Positions 61,504-64,000 of a stretch of DNA of 64,000 nt are shown in pieces. How positions within the stretch are numbered: position 1 is the first letter of the stretch; the number at the start of each line of letters is the position of its first letter. Made by a program: the position numbers and the translations under genes. The stretch spans positions 1,426,001-1,490,000 of the forward strand of contig JAPYYK010000086.1 of assembly GCA_028534125.1 (NCBI GenBank). Direction: 5' to 3'. This stretch comes from Lama glama (Eukaryota). Below the pieces are notes generated by a model that ran no database searches, was not told where the DNA came from, and saw nothing but the letters and a program-made list of their open reading frames with translations.

Positions 61504-64000
61504 GTGAGTTGCTGGTGCTGAGAGATGTTGCAGATGGAAAACCCGGCGAGCATCCGGTGTCCTCTCATCACAGACCCCTCCCTTTCACGGTGACTGGTGT
61601 GCCTGCTCTAACAAGATCATAGCCCTCCCTGGACGCAGCGTGTGGACTATGTGAAGGGGAAAGCTGGCCAGGGAGCAGGCCAGCTTTTTGGAGCCCAGGA
61701 GGTGACGATCACACTGTGTGTGGGCACCTGGTCACGTCTCAGGAATAGCCGCTGCCTGCAGTCTGGGTCAGATGTCTCCTCCACGTGCACCTTTGTTTTT
61801 CCTTTTTTTTCTTGGACTTACCACTTACCAAAGAGAGTGTTTTCACAACTGTCACCTCCTAAAAGTTCTCATGGGATCCCTGTCCCAGGGAAACGTGTAG
61901 TGACAAGAGCAGGAGCTGTTTTCAAAGTCCCCAGATCCATGACAATAAGCCTCGTAGATTCATTGATCCAGGAGACCTTTCCCATGGAGGTTGTTTCCCA
62001 GTCTGAGCTGAGTGGTTCAGTGCTGATAGTACAGTAAATCCGTCACCATCCCCCCGAGCAGGCTTTTAAATTACAGGCCCTGATCTGCTGGTTCTCCTGT
62101 CATTACAGGGAACCTAGACCTAGAGAGTTATAGACAGAAAACCGTTTCCGTGTGCCTACATCAGAGGACAAGAAGTGTCAAACTGACCTTTCTGCAGCAG
62201 AGCCATCCATAAAGGGACCAGAAGAAGTGCTAGGATGTTTGTGAGGATAAAAAAGGGGTCGAGGGCTCAGTGCTGACTTAAGACGAGGGACGTAACTTGG
62301 AAAAGGCAAAGGAAGGCAAGGTCTTCCAGAAGGTGCCGTCCACGTGATCCCTTCACTGTCGACTGAACTGCTGTGCCTCAGTTTCCCCGTATGCACAATG
62401 CGGGCAGTCTGCCCCCCTGCAGGCCCATCACAGGGATTATGCGCAGCTGTGCGTGTCGGAGTCTGAGAATAGAACTGTCCCCCGGCAAATGCTGAGCGGT
62501 GGCTGGCTCTTGTTACCGTCCTTGTCGCCCGACTCCCTCTCAGTCCAGGGCACCGTGGAGAGTGCGCTGTTCAGGCCATCGGGATTAGCTCGTTCCACTA
62601 GTGCTGGGTGCTGGCAGGCTTGTCCCTCATTTTAAAATAGATCTGGCTCTTCCTCGAGCTTTCAGGCAGAGCGGTCTCGCATACACTGGGATTGCCACTC
62701 TGGGCCCTGCTGTGGGCACTGTCAGAAACCTTTAGAGTTTGGTGTGTACTTCTGAGCCTTTTGTCTCGTGCACGAACGCCCCTGGATGGATTTCAGTTTG
62801 TGAGTCAGGGGACCCAAGTCTGGAACCCTCCCAATTCCTGTCGCCCCTGGGCAGGGAGGCCGAGTTCAGGCAGAGGGTCTGTTTCATCCGTGCAGAGGGG
62901 TCTCTCCTGGGAGACAGGGGCTTTCCTACAGTCTCCATCCCATCAGCTTTTTTCCCTCTTCTGTTCATTCAAGTCCTCTTCTCTTGGTCATGGGCAGTGC
63001 CAGCCGGTGCCACAGCTAGACGCGGGGTGTTGTGGTGAGACTAGGCCGTGTGGTGCCCGCTCTCGCGGGCCTCACAGCCTAGACCAGCACAGTTAGCGTC
63101 ACCCTGTGAAGGTCTGCCAGGTGCCTTTCCGTGGCCTCCCACCACTGCCTTTGAGGGGGATGATCTGTCCACGTTTCCGCCCTCGAGACCGAGGCTTGGT
63201 GAGTCAGGTCACTTGCCCCAAGTCACATCACGAGTGAGTGGCCGGGACAGGACAGGGACACAGCCCTGTGGATGCCCCACTCTGACTGCACGAGCACAGC
63301 CCCGAGCTGCCTGTTGTTGGAGACTGTGGAAAAGTCCCTGCTTCGGTGAAACTAGTATTTCACGTCGCAGTTGGCATTCATGCTTTCACACCTCTCACCT
63401 GTCACAGGATGATAAGAGAGACTCAGAGCTGCCAGGGATGTTAGCTCAGCTCAGTGCATTTTCAGAAAAACTTACCAGAATCAGATGAGACTGCGGCTGG
63501 ACGTCTCTCAGATGTGCTTCTGGGACTTTTCTAAGCCACGTGGGCCTTGACTTTCTGTGACCTCAAGCGATATGTTCCTTTGGTGTCACAAGCAGTATTT
63601 AATGTGTCCGTTGAGAACCGCAGACGAGATCCTGAAACCGTTCACATAATCCCACAAACGCGGAAAGCCGGTGACGGAAAGGAACTGGAGAGAGGCCTAT
63701 AGCAGGGAGAAACCACATCTCACTGGGTGTGATAGCTCCGCGCCAGCAAGCCACAGAGGCAGAGGGGGTGACTGTGGCCTGACTGAAGTGCTGGGGCCCC
63801 CAGGACTGGCCAGACCCAGTCCTGGGCCTGAATTCAAGTTGTGTCCTTAGAAAACTGGTCACATCCCGAGAAGAAAACGTGCAAAGTTCGTTGGCAGGCA
63901 GGAAACAGAAGGAGAAATCCAGATGGTCAGTAAACCTAGAGAGGTGTTTGTCCCTAATGTCAAGCAGTGACATACGAACTGAAACACCAGTGTCATCCAG

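Noticed and set aside
1-64000. tRNA, rRNA, snoRNA, miRNA, processed pseudogene or a novel multi-gene system
   Set aside because: None recognised. All coding signal is explained by ITPR1. An Infernal/Rfam scan would be needed to exclude small RNAs.

Overview
Mammalian genomic DNA, not prokaryotic. The whole window lies inside ITPR1 (inositol 1,4,5-trisphosphate receptor type 1) on the + strand. Twelve internal coding exons splice into one uninterrupted frame (1919 nt, 639 complete codons), running from the late regulatory/ARM3 region (DEVD caspase-3 site, GGLGLLG ATP-B motif, Ca2+-sensor glutamate) into the first transmembrane helices. The gene's start and end are outside the window. One intron uses a GC donor. 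The 26.3-kb first intron contains a coherent set of minus-strand signals (TATA, Inr-like start, donor, branch point and acceptor, two polyA signals, upstream perfect NF-kB site) that fit an antisense lncRNA, most likely the orthologue of human EGOT. The rest is intron with old MIR, L2, L1M, MaLR and hAT repeats, microsatellites, a 37-bp CRE-bearing minisatellite and two assembly gaps. A cetartiodactyl-type L1 3' end with no recognisable lineage SINEs suggests a camelid (inference). I find no evidence of a wholly new biological system. The best leads are regulatory: the nested antisense lncRNA unit, an adjacent TGCATG cluster, the GC donor with decoy, the tandem CRE repeat and a tandem D-box module. 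Repeat family names and boundaries come from visual recognition and are approximate.
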